From the NCBI GenBank assembly GCA_964036045.1, contig OZ038378.1, positions 156,984,001-157,048,000 on the forward strand: DNA of 64,000 bases, in the 5' to 3' direction. The stretch is from Eutreptiella sp. 'Long Island Sound 2002' (lineage: Eukaryota > Protista > Euglenida). Every line of letters begins with the position of its first letter. Positions within the stretch are counted from its first letter, which is position 1. Positions 32,494 through 43,806 of the stretch are shown piece by piece. Below the pieces are notes generated by a model, which saw only the letters and a program-made list of their open reading frames with translations, ran no database searches and was not told the DNA's origin. The position numbers and the translations under genes were made by a program.

Positions 32494-33504
32494 ATGTCTG
32501 CAGACTGCACCAACCCTCCTGCTGCAAAAAGGCGGAAGAAGAACGCCCCCGCCATCGAGATTGATGTTGCGTCGCCCTGCCGCCTGCCGCCTGCGGCCCT
32601 GCGGCGACAGCAGAAGGAGGAGCAGGCGGCCCGGGAAGGAGCCTGGGCAGAAGAGGCTCTGAAGCTTCAAAAACAGAGGGAGGCGGAGGACAGGCAAAAA
32701 GAGATATTGCGAAATGCGGAGGTCGAATCTCAGCTCAGCCTTCACACACACAACTCCGGAGTTCATAGCTGTCCGCTGGCGCCGACTTCTGCACTTCTAT
32801 TCCACGGAGAGCCACGTTCCGCCGCCGCACATTGCAGCTTTGGTGACTCCCCCTTCTGCGACGCCCAAGGCATTGCCTTTTGGCGCCACATTTCCAGGGC
32901 GAAAGGGCCCACACGGGAAGAGCATCGGATGGCTTGGACCTGTGAGCTTTGCGACTACGATATCTGTCAGGATTGCTACGACTTTGAGACTGCCTGGGAG
33001 GATGGGAAGCGGCAGATCCATGCGGCCCACGCGGAGGCAGAACTGAAACGTGCAGCCGAGCGCGAAGCGGCCCGCATCAAGCAGAGACTTGCGCTGGAGA
33101 AGAGACTGGGTGGGCCGTATGCGGAGGCTGTGAAGGAGCCGCCAGCGGCGTACAAGGACGCATCGTGCAGCAACGGCTACACTATCTGGAGCTCTCGAGG
33201 CTACCCCCACGACGGTTGGCATACGTATGAGGGCCCCCCTGAAAGGGAGTACGGTTCCACGTATCCCACGGCGGAGGAGGCAATCAAGCGGGCCTCGTAC
33301 CTGTTCTACTTTCAAAACCCTTGGGGTCTCGGTGGGGACGAAATAGCAGATGGTGACTGCAGCACTTATCGCAAGCGGTCGGGCGAAGTGATGCGACTAG
33401 AACATATTGCTGGGGACTCTGAGACGTGGATTGTTGCTGTGGTGGGCGCGGCCGCGTGGGTGCAGAGGGCATTAGGGGTACCCGGCTCAGGGCAGGAGTC
33501 TTGA
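32494..33504 (+). CDS. Intronless 336-aa hypothetical protein: basic NLS-like AAKRRKK, coiled coil, ZZ-like half finger WTCELCDYDICQDCY, and a C-terminal GWHTYEGPP...YFQNPWG domain
   Basis: Pyrimidine tract with cctacag acceptor (ends 32488) and ATG 5 nt later. The upstream part of the track ORF (32071-32493) is low-complexity. Confidence 0.75.
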   Translation: MSADCTNPPAAKRRKKNAPAIEIDVASPCRLPPAALRRQQKEEQAAREGAWAEEALKLQKQREAEDRQKEILRNAEVESQLSLHTHNSGVHSCPLAPTSALLFHGEPRSAAAHCSFGDSPFCDAQGIAFWRHISRAKGPTREEHRMAWTCELCDYDICQDCYDFETAWEDGKRQIHAAHAEAELKRAAEREAARIKQRLALEKRLGGPYAEAVKEPPAAYKDASCSNGYTIWSSRGYPHDGWHTYEGPPEREYGSTYPTAEEAIKRASYLFYFQNPWGLGGDEIADGDCSTYRKRSGEVMRLEHIAGDSETWIVAVVGAAAWVQRALGVPGSGQES

Positions 33505-34052
33505 TGCGTTTTCGGCCGGAAGAGGAGGAGGAGGAAGGGGAAGGGGAGGGGAAGAGGGAGGAGCAGGAGGGAGATGAGGACGACGACGGCGACTGCGACC
33601 AGGCGGACGATGCAAAGTGGCAGGCGGAGAGAACGGAGTTCGACAGAAAGGTCAGAGAACAGAAGCAGTACTGCAATCGGGCGATAGATGCCTGGGACCG
33701 GATCCATTGCTTGTGGTCCGAGTTGTCGGATGAGCAACGACAGGCCCCTGCCATGAGCTCAATCATTTCTGCGACAGATGTTTTGGACGACAAAGATAGG
33801 GAGGTATTGGGGTCGACGGCCATATGCACCTGCAACTTAGGGTGGCAGGTATGTGCTCACGACACGGCTCTTGGTGCATTCGAAGGCCATGACCTATTAT
33901 TGAAACCCAGAAGAGCCCAAGGAGAGTTTTCTGCAACGAGTTCAGCGAGAGGCCGAGAATTGTACGACCGGAAACTGGCTGCCCCGAGGCATGCTATACT
34001 TGAACAGTCTGAAGTGTGCAGATCGGCCAGTGAATCAATGCCCGGCGGTTGA
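33504..34052 (+). CDS. 182-aa ORF with acidic N-terminus, overlapping the previous stop (TGATG); separate gene or frameshifted continuation
   Basis: ATG shares its A with TGA 33502-33504. Poly-Glu/Asp tract followed by a helical region and CTC...C. Confidence 0.45.
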   Translation: MRFRPEEEEEEGEGEGKREEQEGDEDDDGDCDQADDAKWQAERTEFDRKVREQKQYCNRAIDAWDRIHCLWSELSDEQRQAPAMSSIISATDVLDDKDREVLGSTAICTCNLGWQVCAHDTALGAFEGHDLLLKPRRAQGEFSATSSARGRELYDRKLAAPRHAILEQSEVCRSASESMPGG

Positions 34053-34089
34053 GGTGTTGGAGGAACGTTTGTTGGCGATCGCCAGAACA

Positions 34090-35900
34090 AAGGGGGGTGC
34101 ACACAACGACAGTAACAAATGAGAAGCCCGAACCTTCCATGACAATCAAGTATCGGGCCTACCCCGGAGAATCTATGATATGTCCGGACCATCGGTAGGA
34201 GGCCCGCTAGGAACCCTCTATTCAATAGAGTTAATGAGGGAGGCGGGGATACCATAACCCTGGAGTGTTTTCTACAGCACATTCAGTGGAACTGAATTAC
34301 ACGCCTTATTAAAATTAATGCGCAGGTGGTACAGGCGCCCTCTTGACTGGAGCATTCAAGAGACTACATCGTAGATGTGGTCTCTACAGCGATGGGTCTT
34401 CAGCGCCCCATGCTGGCATCGTGCAACCCGTGGGCCCGAGTTAGGTATGACGGCAACTGACGCTGCCAGGCCACTGCCAGTTTGACTAGCAACTGGATCA
34501 GGCATATAGGCCGGCAGTTGGCCGGCGCTCGTGGGTCGCCTTTTTTTAAGAGTGGCATACCCTGGCAGTGGGCCATTCCGCGGGGGGGTTGGGTTGCTGG
34601 AGGACGATGTGTACGGTTGTGAGCAAGAAGGCCCGGACTGCCGGGGGACATAGAGATGTAATGTAGTAGTTAATTTCATCCTCCCGCACAGCCACTGTAG
34701 ATCGGGAGGGCTTGATCTTAAACGGTGTTCAGGCATTTTGGTAAGTCGGCGATGAACTCATTGAGGGCATCGTCATCAACGTGAAAAGAGGGGTCCCCTC
34801 CCAGGGTGGAGAGGCACGCAGAAAAAATGTGTCACACTTTATCAGACTCGGTGGGAAGCTGCGGGGGGTTCGTGGAATCGGCCCACAAATGGACTGAGGA
34901 GGTCTGCATGCGGTTCAATGCCTGTTGGATGGCCCCGTTGACTTTTGCGCCTCTTGCCATGGCGCAATGCAACTGTTTTTTGTCACGCTTCTGTGTTCTG
35001 TGTCGCTCTCCACTTCTCATTGAGTGTTTGTCACCTTTTCAGGACCCTCTTGCCATCCACTGAGTTTGCAGGGAAGTTCTTCAGCAGCCTTTTCAAGTCT
35101 CTTCTCGATAGAGCCTTCCTGGTGTTTTACGGGGCGCCGGGTGATGCTATGGAAGGGCTCTGCTATTTGGGGGACAAAAAGATTAAGTTTGTGAGCGTTT
35201 CAGGGTTGGAACGATCTCATCCACATGAGCCCATTCTAGTCGTGTTGGGTCTCGTGGCTGGTCCCCCGTTCGTCGCGTTTTTTATGGTGTTGAGTACCAT
35301 GTGCGGGCTCTGCCACTTTGTCCACTGACGATCCAGTGCGCGCTGCTTGTGTTAAGGGAGATAGACAGATGGTGACCTCCTTCCGCCTTAGGGACACACT
35401 TTGCCCCTATGACCGCACATTCGGCCCCAATATCCGTGAAAATACCGACGATGATTTCCACAAACTTCGGTGCACACATATCCCCTTCCGTGTGCACCCC
35501 GTGAAACGGTTCGCACAGTCGTGGCGGAATTATGCGGAACCTCGGTGCATTGTGCCTGTACACAACAGTTGTATTGCATGTCTACTTCCCTTGATTCCAA
35601 TCCAAGCATGCACTGACCGGCATAGATGACCGTTCTTATATGGTTGATATTTCAAGCAGCCAAGTGGTGCTTGTGCGATGAGGGTACAGGGCTGCGACGA
35701 GCAACCGCCGCGTGCCACACAGTGCCTCCAGCCCCTGGTGGGCATTGGTTTTTCGCCCGCCGAGACTGACATGTGGTGAAAGGTATCTCCGGGTTACCCT
35801 GACGAGCCCCCTAACAACCTGGAGAGCCTTGGGTCAGGCTTGTGTCAGCATTTTGGTGATAATGCGAGTACATGCCAGCCCCAATGCCAATGCCCCCCTC
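34090..35900 (-). mobile_element. Decayed LINE (probable APE endonuclease to RT)
   Basis: Minus strand gives LLKKGDPRAPANCRPICLIQLLVKL (RT), DALNEFIADLPK just upstream, and LLVAALYPH (APE-like) near 35700. Many stops and frameshifts; ends approximate. Confidence 0.65.
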
Positions 35901-36166
35901 CCATCTGGACCAGTCCCATGCACATGGATGCAATGGAAGAACCCCCCCCCCCCCCGGTGCAGATTCATTGCACTGTTACGGCAAATGACTCAATTGCTCC
36001 CGGAAACCAGGACATTCCCTAAGACCCTCTTTTTTTTTTGTCTCTCTTAAGGAAAGTTGGCTGCAGGGTTACCCTGAACTATCTAGGACCCCGTGACGGG
36101 CTTTTTTCCACTGGCCCAGTGAGGGCCCTTTTTGAACCCGTGTTCAGGGACCCCCAAGGGAATGTA

Positions 36167-37445
36167 CATAGGAACCTATCCTTTGGCCATAGGTACCTAT
36201 CGTTTGGGCATAGGTACCCATCAATTGGGCATATCTACCTATCGTGTGGCCATAGGTACCTGTCGTTTGGGCATAGTCTACCTACCGTTTGGCCATAGCT
36301 ACGTATCGTTTGCGCATAGTTGGCTATCGTTTGAGCATAGGTACCTATCGTTTGGGGTTAGGTTCGTATCATTTGAGCATAGGTACCTGTCGTTTGGCCA
36401 TAGCTACCTATCGTTTGGGCATAGGCACCTATCGATCGGGCATAGCTACCGATTGTTTGGGCATTACTATCTTTTGGGCATAGGTACCTATGGTTTGGGC
36501 ATGGGTACTTATCTTCTAAGCATAGGTACCTATCGTCTGGGCACAGGTACCTATCGTTGGGCCATAGGTACCTGTCATATGGCCACAGGTACCTATTGTT
36601 TGGGCATAGGTACCTGTCGGTTGGGCATAGGTACTTATTGTTTGAGCATCGGCACCTATCGTTTGGGCATAGGCACCTATCGTTTGGGCATAGGTACCTA
36701 TTGCTTGGCTATAGGTACCTATCGTTTGGCCATAGGTACCCATCGTTTGGGCATAGGTACCTATCTTTTGGGCATAGGTACCTATCGTTTGGCCATAGGT
36801 ACCTATCTTTTGGGCATAGGTATCTATCGTTTGGGCATAGGTACCTATCGTTTGGCCGTAGGTGCCTAGGGTTTAGCCGTAGGCACCTATCGTTTGGGCA
36901 TAGGTACCTATTGTTTGGCCATACGTACCTATCGTGTGGGCATAGGTGGCTATCAATTGAGCATTGGTACGTATCGTTTGGCCATAGTCTACCTACCGTT
37001 TGAGCATAGGTACCTATCGTTTGAGCATAGGTACTTATCGTTTGGGCATAGGAACCTATTGTTTGGCCATAGGTACCTGTCGTTTGGGCATATGTACCTA
37101 TCGTGTGGCCATAGATACCTATCATTGCGGCATAGATACCTATCGTTTGGTCATAGGTACTTATTTTCTGAGCATAGGCACACATCGTTTGGGCATAGGT
37201 ACCTATCGTTTGGGCATAGGTACCTATTGTTTGGCAGTCGGCACCTATCTCTTGGCTAGCAGTACCTCTGGTTTGGCCATAGGTACCTATGGATTGGCCG
37301 TAGGCACCTATCGTTTGGGCATAGGTACCTATCGTCTGGCTGTAGGTACCTATCGTTTGGGCATAGGTGGCTATCCATTGAGCATAGGTACCTATCGTTT
37401 GGCCATAGTCTACCTGTTGTTTGAGCATAGGTACCTACCGTTTGC
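36167..37445. repeat. 21-bp minisatellite, about 60 copies, consensus ataggtacctatcgtttgggc
   Basis: Obvious periodicity; translates as IGTYRLG / GHRYLSF repeats. Confidence 0.97.
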
Positions 37446-39023
37446 CCGGCAGATACCAAAAAAACCCCTAATTTGTTCCAAAAAAAACCCCCAAATGCAC
37501 CAGAAAAATCTCCGTTTGTACCAAAAGACCTCCCAACTCACCTCGCCGGAATGGACCCCAAGAAATCCGGTACGCACCCACAAAAGCACCCTTTCAACCA
37601 AAAAAACAAACCTGTCTTCCCCATTTATGCTACACTTGTGGACCGTTGCGTACCAACAAGCCAACTTGCTTGCCCCCTTTCGTACTAAACCCCTCATGGA
37701 TGGGTTGCCTCCGGGTTTCTTTCTTTCCACCACTTTCTACAAAATTAAGTCCACCATTAGGTCCGGCTTTTTGGGGGTGAAAACTTCCCATTGCAACCAT
37801 TTGCTTCCTTTCTTAATCTACCATTTCGTAGCTTCCCTGTTGCACATTTACTGTTGTAACCCCCCCCCCCCCCCCTTCTGGTCTTGGAATTCATTCATGA
37901 TGGGTTGCTTCTTTTTTCCGGTGCTCAATCCTAGCTCAGCGCCTTACAACAACACCCCCTCCCCCCCTCCGCCGCACCCATTTGTACCTATTTGTGTCAT
38001 ATTACCAGTCCCAAAACAGCCACCTCCTGCGGGCAATAGGCACGAAAACAGCATCTAATGCAAGTGACATCCACAAACCACTGAGATCACATTGTACAAT
38101 TTTCCTGTTCCTTTCCACAATGAGCCCGCTGAAGTGTGGTAGCAGATCTGACACATAATAGTGAGTCGCTGAGTCTGCAAACATATAATGAGACTGGCCA
38201 TGGCTGTACGCTTCTCAGTGCGCACCGCACCATCCACAAAATACTCTCGGCTGAAGATCATAGCACAATGCACAGCAAGACTGCTGAGAGTTTGGGTCAA
38301 GGTGTCATCGCTGTGCAATTGCTAGCTGACCCCACCCACTCTCCCTGTTACACAGCACCTTAGCTTCACAGTCCTTGACAGGCGGTTCCTCGGAGCTGTG
38401 GCACATCACACCTCTGCATAACATGTACAATAGCAAGGAGTTGCTCCCCCGACGGTGTCCCCACAGGGGGACATGTCTCACACGCATGAAGCTGATTTAC
38501 CAATTCTAGCTGTACATATGATCCGGGCTTGGGTGCCCACGCACACCATTGGCCTGATGGCCTGAACTGTTTCTAGTGTCAGAATAAAAAAAAAGAGAGA
38601 GAGTGAAGGCCAGTCATTGGTAATTGAGGCACAACTCGACTTAGAGACGATCAATGGACGCCCCTACAAACATATGTGACCTGCTTTCTTAGTGCCCTCG
38701 CTGTGCCCTTAGTCACCCCCCACGTGCTGATCTGACGACCCCACCAGAACACTTGAAGCTATCCCACCAGGTATGCTCATCCTCCCACCTGATGCTTGTC
38801 GCACAGTGAAAAGCCTTGTTCCAGCTGAGGCCAAAAAGGATTTGTTTTACAAAGAAATACACACGACACCATGCTCAACACATTGCAGGCCGTCAAGGCT
38901 ATACAGTTCAAAGGGTGTCCGACCACATGGTGGGATCCCTTACTTTGGAACCGCGTTGCCCGTTCGGGAGGTCCCTAAAAGGCATTGTGCGCTTATCTGA
39001 ACGTAGAGGATGAATGCGCCATG

Positions 39024-39506
39024 AACAAGCAGATGCCGAGGCCTGGTGCCAACCCCCCCCCCCCACATCTCCGTTGACACAACCAAAACACGTTCGGACC
39101 CACAGAGGGTCAGAATGAGCGGTGGCGAGAGGCCAATAGGCGCTGCCAAAGGCAAACAAGCAGATGCCGAGGCCTGGTGCCAACCCCCCCCCCACATCTC
39201 CGTTGACACAACCAAAACACGTTCGGACCCACAGAGGGTCAGAATGAGCGGTGGCGAGAGGCCAATAGGCGCTGCCAAAGGCAAACAAGCAGATGCCGAG
39301 GCCTGGTGCCAACCCCCCCCCCCACATCTCCGTTGACACAACCAAAACACGTTCGGACCCACAGAGGGTCAGAATGAGCGGTGGCGAGAGGCCAATAGGC
39401 GCTGCCAAAGGCAAACAAGCAGATGCCGAGGCCTGGTGCCAACCCCCCCCCCACATCTCCGTTGACACAACCAAAACACGTTCGGACCCACAGAGGGTCA
39501 GAATGA
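39024..39506. repeat. ~130-bp tandem repeat, 3.7 copies
   Basis: Units start at 39024, 39155, 39284 and 39414 and appear identical except for poly-C length. Confidence 0.95.
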
Positions 39507-39789
39507 CTGCCCAATTTTGCACTGTACCATACATTGACAGATGCCTGTACGTCCAGCACACCAAACACATGGGGCCCAGCCCCGGACTTTGGGACTGAAT
39601 CACTGGGGTGTTGGGTCATGGGTGGAATCGATGTGAAGGTAAGGCTCCGAAAACAACTGCACTGTGCTTCTGCTTATAGTTGTTTCTTTCCAGAGGTTTT
39701 TTCACCGCCGTGCACTTTGCACCGTGAAATCGGACACGGGTTCCAAGCCGAAAAGGAGTCAGGTGAGGTAAGCCGCATCTAGGAGTGAA

Positions 39790-40036
39790 CACCCAACATC
39801 TGAACATGCCAACCTGCCAACATGCCAACATCCTGACATCCCAGCATCTTAACTCCCAAACATCCCAACATCTTAACATCCCAATATGCCAAGATTCCAA
39901 GATACCTACATCCCGGCATCCCAACATCCCAAAATGCCAACATCCCAACATCTTAACATCCCAACATCCCAACATCCCAGCATTCCAATATGCCATGATT
40001 CCAAGATACCTACATCCCAGCATCCCAACATCCCAA
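39790..40036. repeat. Degenerate (ccaacatc)n microsatellite
   Basis: Repeated catcccaacatc units just upstream of the acceptor at 40089. Confidence 0.85.
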
Positions 40037-40101
40037 AAACAGACCATTGTTTGTTACACTTTTGTCCTTCCTTCTTCTCCTGGATGTAGGCTTTCTTGAG
40101 C

Positions 40102-40168
40102 ATGGATCGTACTGTGAAAATACTAGCTTACCTGTTTTTGCTGTGGCCTATTTGCAGCGCCAATGCAG
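40102..40168 (+). CDS. Modular surface-protein gene, exon 1: signal peptide MDRTVKILAYLFLLWPICSANA
   Basis: Long pyrimidine tract and AG (ends 40089), 12-nt UTR, ATG, 22 codons + 1 nt, donor GTATGC (phase 1). Confidence 0.7.
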
Positions 40169-42177
40169 GTATGCATATGGGTGTCGTGCATGTCTGATCA
40201 GGATATGCCCCCACTGTTCCCTGCCCTGTCTCTTGCGTGAAGCTTCCTCCTTGCCCCGGTGGTACTTGTGTCGCAGTGTTTGAGCTGTCTACTCCAGGAT
40301 GCAGCAATGCTCCTCCAATGCCTATGTTCTCCAGCGTTGTGCTTGATTTGCATCGAAAGAAAGAGGCCAGCATGGAGAGGCAGAGGGAGAGGAAAGGTGA
40401 AAGGGAACTGGAGTAGGAGACTCTTACAAGGAGGGGGTATTAGCGTGAGCTGAAAGCAAGAGGGAATGAGGGAGAATCATGGATACTCCCAGTGCCACAC
40501 AACAACGTAAGCACAATACTGCCTTTTTGCCTTCTTGCCACCCCCTGGATGCAGCCTCTACACGGGATCCTGGTGTGCCATAGTGCAAGGCCCAAGCGGG
40601 ATAGATTCATCGCATGGAGAAGCAGGACATGCAGGTCTAACATGAAGCTTGTGTTGCTGCACTTTGCGCCCAAGCATCGCCATAGGCACAGACCGAGCAG
40701 CCGTTTCAAGCGCCAGCGAACCATGGGGAGACATTGACTGCATCTTCATGGGATTGATTTTGTCTGTTTTGAAGGCTGGTCAAGAATGGGTGTCATTTTG
40801 CCTCGCTTTTGTCCTGCGTATTCAGATTATCAGTGTGGGCTGGTGTACATGCTTTTTTTTTATATGTGTGTGTTAAAATTGCGAATTCAAGGATCGCATA
40901 TTGTGGCGGTCCTTCGGGCTGCTTTGCATTGCGGCGCCTTCGGCGCGTTACACACTCTTCGCCCGGGTTGCTCACATAACCCTGACTCCTTGGGCTTTAA
41001 TATTGGGTTGCAGACATGTCGGCTCCTTAAATTCACGATTTTATTGCCCTTTTAAAAAAGCTCCCGATTTTTTTGGTACACATTTTTTAAAAAAAAATGT
41101 ACATCACCACCTCAGTGATGCGCGCTGCAACTTGCACGCAGGCATCAAGCAAACCAAAAAGCACAACACCACATCACACACACTCGATCCGTAAATTGCT
41201 GTGCTGTGCCCAACAGCAACGGCTGGAGTGTTGCCGGCCCCGTTTTGCCGGCACGGGAGAGGCTTTGTGCCTGCCTGCAGGCTCTGCGGCCTTGGGACGC
41301 CTCATCGGCGAGCTGCACCTGGGCATGCTCCAGGAGTCTTGGCCTGAGCAGAATGGATGGCTGCCCGGGCATGCAAACGGCAGCTACGTCCCCTCTCTGC
41401 CAGCAGGGCCCGCGTTTCCACACCCAGCCTTTTTTTGCACGAAACAGCCCCAAAACCCCTTCAAAGTGGCAAAACCGTGGAAGACAGACGCCATGCACCA
41501 CAACCAGCTAGCGTTGCTCGTGCCAAAGAACGTTGTCATGACCTCTAACTCCATGATATGTCCGAGATATACCCCCAAAGCGGCCCAAAATGGCCCAAAA
41601 TCTGTGCAGTAGACGCCTAGACCCCTGTGGTTGTAGTGTGCAGCCCGAGCCCAGCCCACGACCAACATGGGTGGCCAACCGTCCAACCGTCCATTGGGGT
41701 CCCTCCCGGCGAAAAAAATCGATAGTTCCAAAGTTGTTCCTGGACCACTTGGGATGCCCAAACAAGTGGTTTTAGCCTGTCTTGAGACTGTGGTGAGCCA
41801 TTTTGGCCCTCCGTAACTTCCAAAAAGCCCTGGAAATGCGCCGTTTCGGGACCAAAACACCGCCTAAAATGGGTCAAAGACGCTTTTTTCCAAAAATGAC
41901 TTTCGTCCACGTGTGATGATGAGTGCAATGGGTTGAGCCGGTCGTGAGCCTGTTTTGACCCATTTCTTGTCATTAAAAGTCCTAAAAAGGCTCCAAAAAT
42001 GGGCCTTTTTGTTCTAGGCAAGGGTGAGAAGTGGTCGAAAAATGCTTTTTTCTAGCATTGATCTCAGACCATTGGGGAACTTAGCCCGGCCCCTTGCTCC
42101 AGCTGCGTTGAGTGTGTTACAACATGTGCCCTTCTCCACCAGCTATAGTGAGTTCTGATTTACACAAACACCAGGCA

Positions 42178-42650
42178 AAACAATTGCTCTCCCTATGGTA
42201 ACCTGTTAGGGTTTGCTCTGCGCTCTGCCTTAAGGTTTACCCGGCAAAAACATTGGGTAAACAATTGCTCTCGCTGTGGTAACCTGTTAGGGTTTGCTTT
42301 GCGCTGTGCCTTCGGGTTTACCCGGCACAAACACCGGGTAAACAATTGTTCTCCCTGTGGTAACCTGGTAGGGTTTGCTCTGTGCTCTGCGTTAGGGTTT
42401 ACCTGGCACAAACACTGGGTAAACAATTGTTCTCCCTGTGGTAACCTGTTAGGGTTTGCTCTCTGTGTTAGGGTTTGCTCTGCGCTCTCCGTTTGGGTTT
42501 ACTTGGCACAAACATCGGGTAAACAATTGTTCTCCCTGTGGTAACCTGTTAGGGTTTGCTCTGTGCTCTGCGTTAGGGTTTACCCGGCACAAACACCGGG
42601 TAAACAATTGTTCTCCCTGTGGTGATGTGTTAGGGTTGACTCTGCACAAA
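42178..42650. repeat. 81-bp tandem repeat (about 6 copies) containing ttagggttt motifs
   Basis: aaacaattg recurs at 42178, 42259, 42340, 42421, 42521 and 42602. Confidence 0.9.
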
Positions 42651-42785
42651 CAGGGCTATGCGTTCGCCAAAACCTTGGCGAGCCTAGCAAGTGGACTTCC
42701 TTTGGCTCTGGCGAGTAAATTTCCCATAATTCCTAAAGGGGTATTGTGGGAGTGGTTGTCGGCCAATGGCGCGTAGGGACCGTGG

Positions 42786-43452
42786 GGTGGAATTATGGGG
42801 ATTTATAGGGAATTATGGGTGAATTGTGGTTGAATTATGGGGAATTATGGGACAATTATGGTTGATGTATGGGGAATTATTGGGAATTATGGGGTTTTAT
42901 GGGGAATTATGGGGATTTATGTCAGGGTTTCCGCTGATGCTAGTGTCTTTCTTATTCCTTTTGTGCTCATTCCCGCAGACATGTCAGATTCAGATTTCCA
43001 TGATTTCTTGTACGTTCGTTTGTCATATCTATACAAACCCCCCAGGGAGTACCCCCCCCCCCCCCCTTGCAAACACCCACCCCTTGCAATCCCCCCCCCC
43101 CCCCCCGGGAGACCGTCACTTCCATGTGAGACCATGACTATGAGACCATAAGACCATCACTACCCCATACAGCCAAGGGTGTGACAAAGTGCAGATCAAC
43201 CAATCCTTTGGCCTGTCGCAGGGTCATTTGGCTAGGGTCATGAAGAAGCACAACATCATTCCCCATATAACCCCATAAAACCCCATAATTTCCCATAATT
43301 CCCCATAATTCCCCACAAAACCCCATAAACCCCCATTAAATCCCATAAAACCTCATAAAACCCATAAAACCTCATAATTCCCCATAACTCCCCATAATTC
43401 CCCCTAATTTCCCATAATTCCCCATAATTCCCCATAATTCCCCATAATTCCT
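42786..43452. repeat. Facing (gggaattat)n and (ataattccc)n arrays around a ~340-bp core
   Basis: 42786-42921 is the reverse-complement repeat of 43258-43452. Confidence 0.8.
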
Positions 43453-43725
43453 ATCATTTGGCGAGCAGACGTCTTCTGGCGCTGGTGAGCGCATAGGCTT
43501 GCACAAACACCGAGCAAACAATTGTTCTCAGTACACCGTTTGATCGACGCTCCACCAACTGCAGTTCTAAAAGTGCCAGATTCCTGCGAGGTGCACTTCC
43601 CTCTTCATACTCAGCAACTTCAGCCGTGCAGCCTTGTGGACTTAAATAGCCTCATCCCTCCTGACGATGATGCCTCCCTTTTTTCTATGTGCATAGCCTC
43701 ACACGCGCACTTTATTTACCCGCAG

Positions 43726-43806
43726 CAGAACCAACGTGCGATGATGGCATTCAGAACGGAGACGAGTTCGCAGCGGATTGTGGTGGTTCCTGTCGTCGCT
43801 ATTGTC
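43726..43806 (+). CDS. Exon 2: Cys repeat EPTCDDGIQNGDEFAADCGGSCRRYC
   Basis: cccgcag acceptor, gtatgt donor, 81 nt, phase 1-1. Confidence 0.85.

Noticed and set aside
36132-37459. Long ORFs in the 21-bp array (also ORFs in the 11-bp, 81-bp, 130-bp and 57.9-60.4-kb arrays)
   Set aside because: Artefacts of stop-free repeat units.
39024-42650. CRISPR-like appearance of regular repeats
   Set aside because: No unique spacers and no cas genes, in a eukaryotic context.
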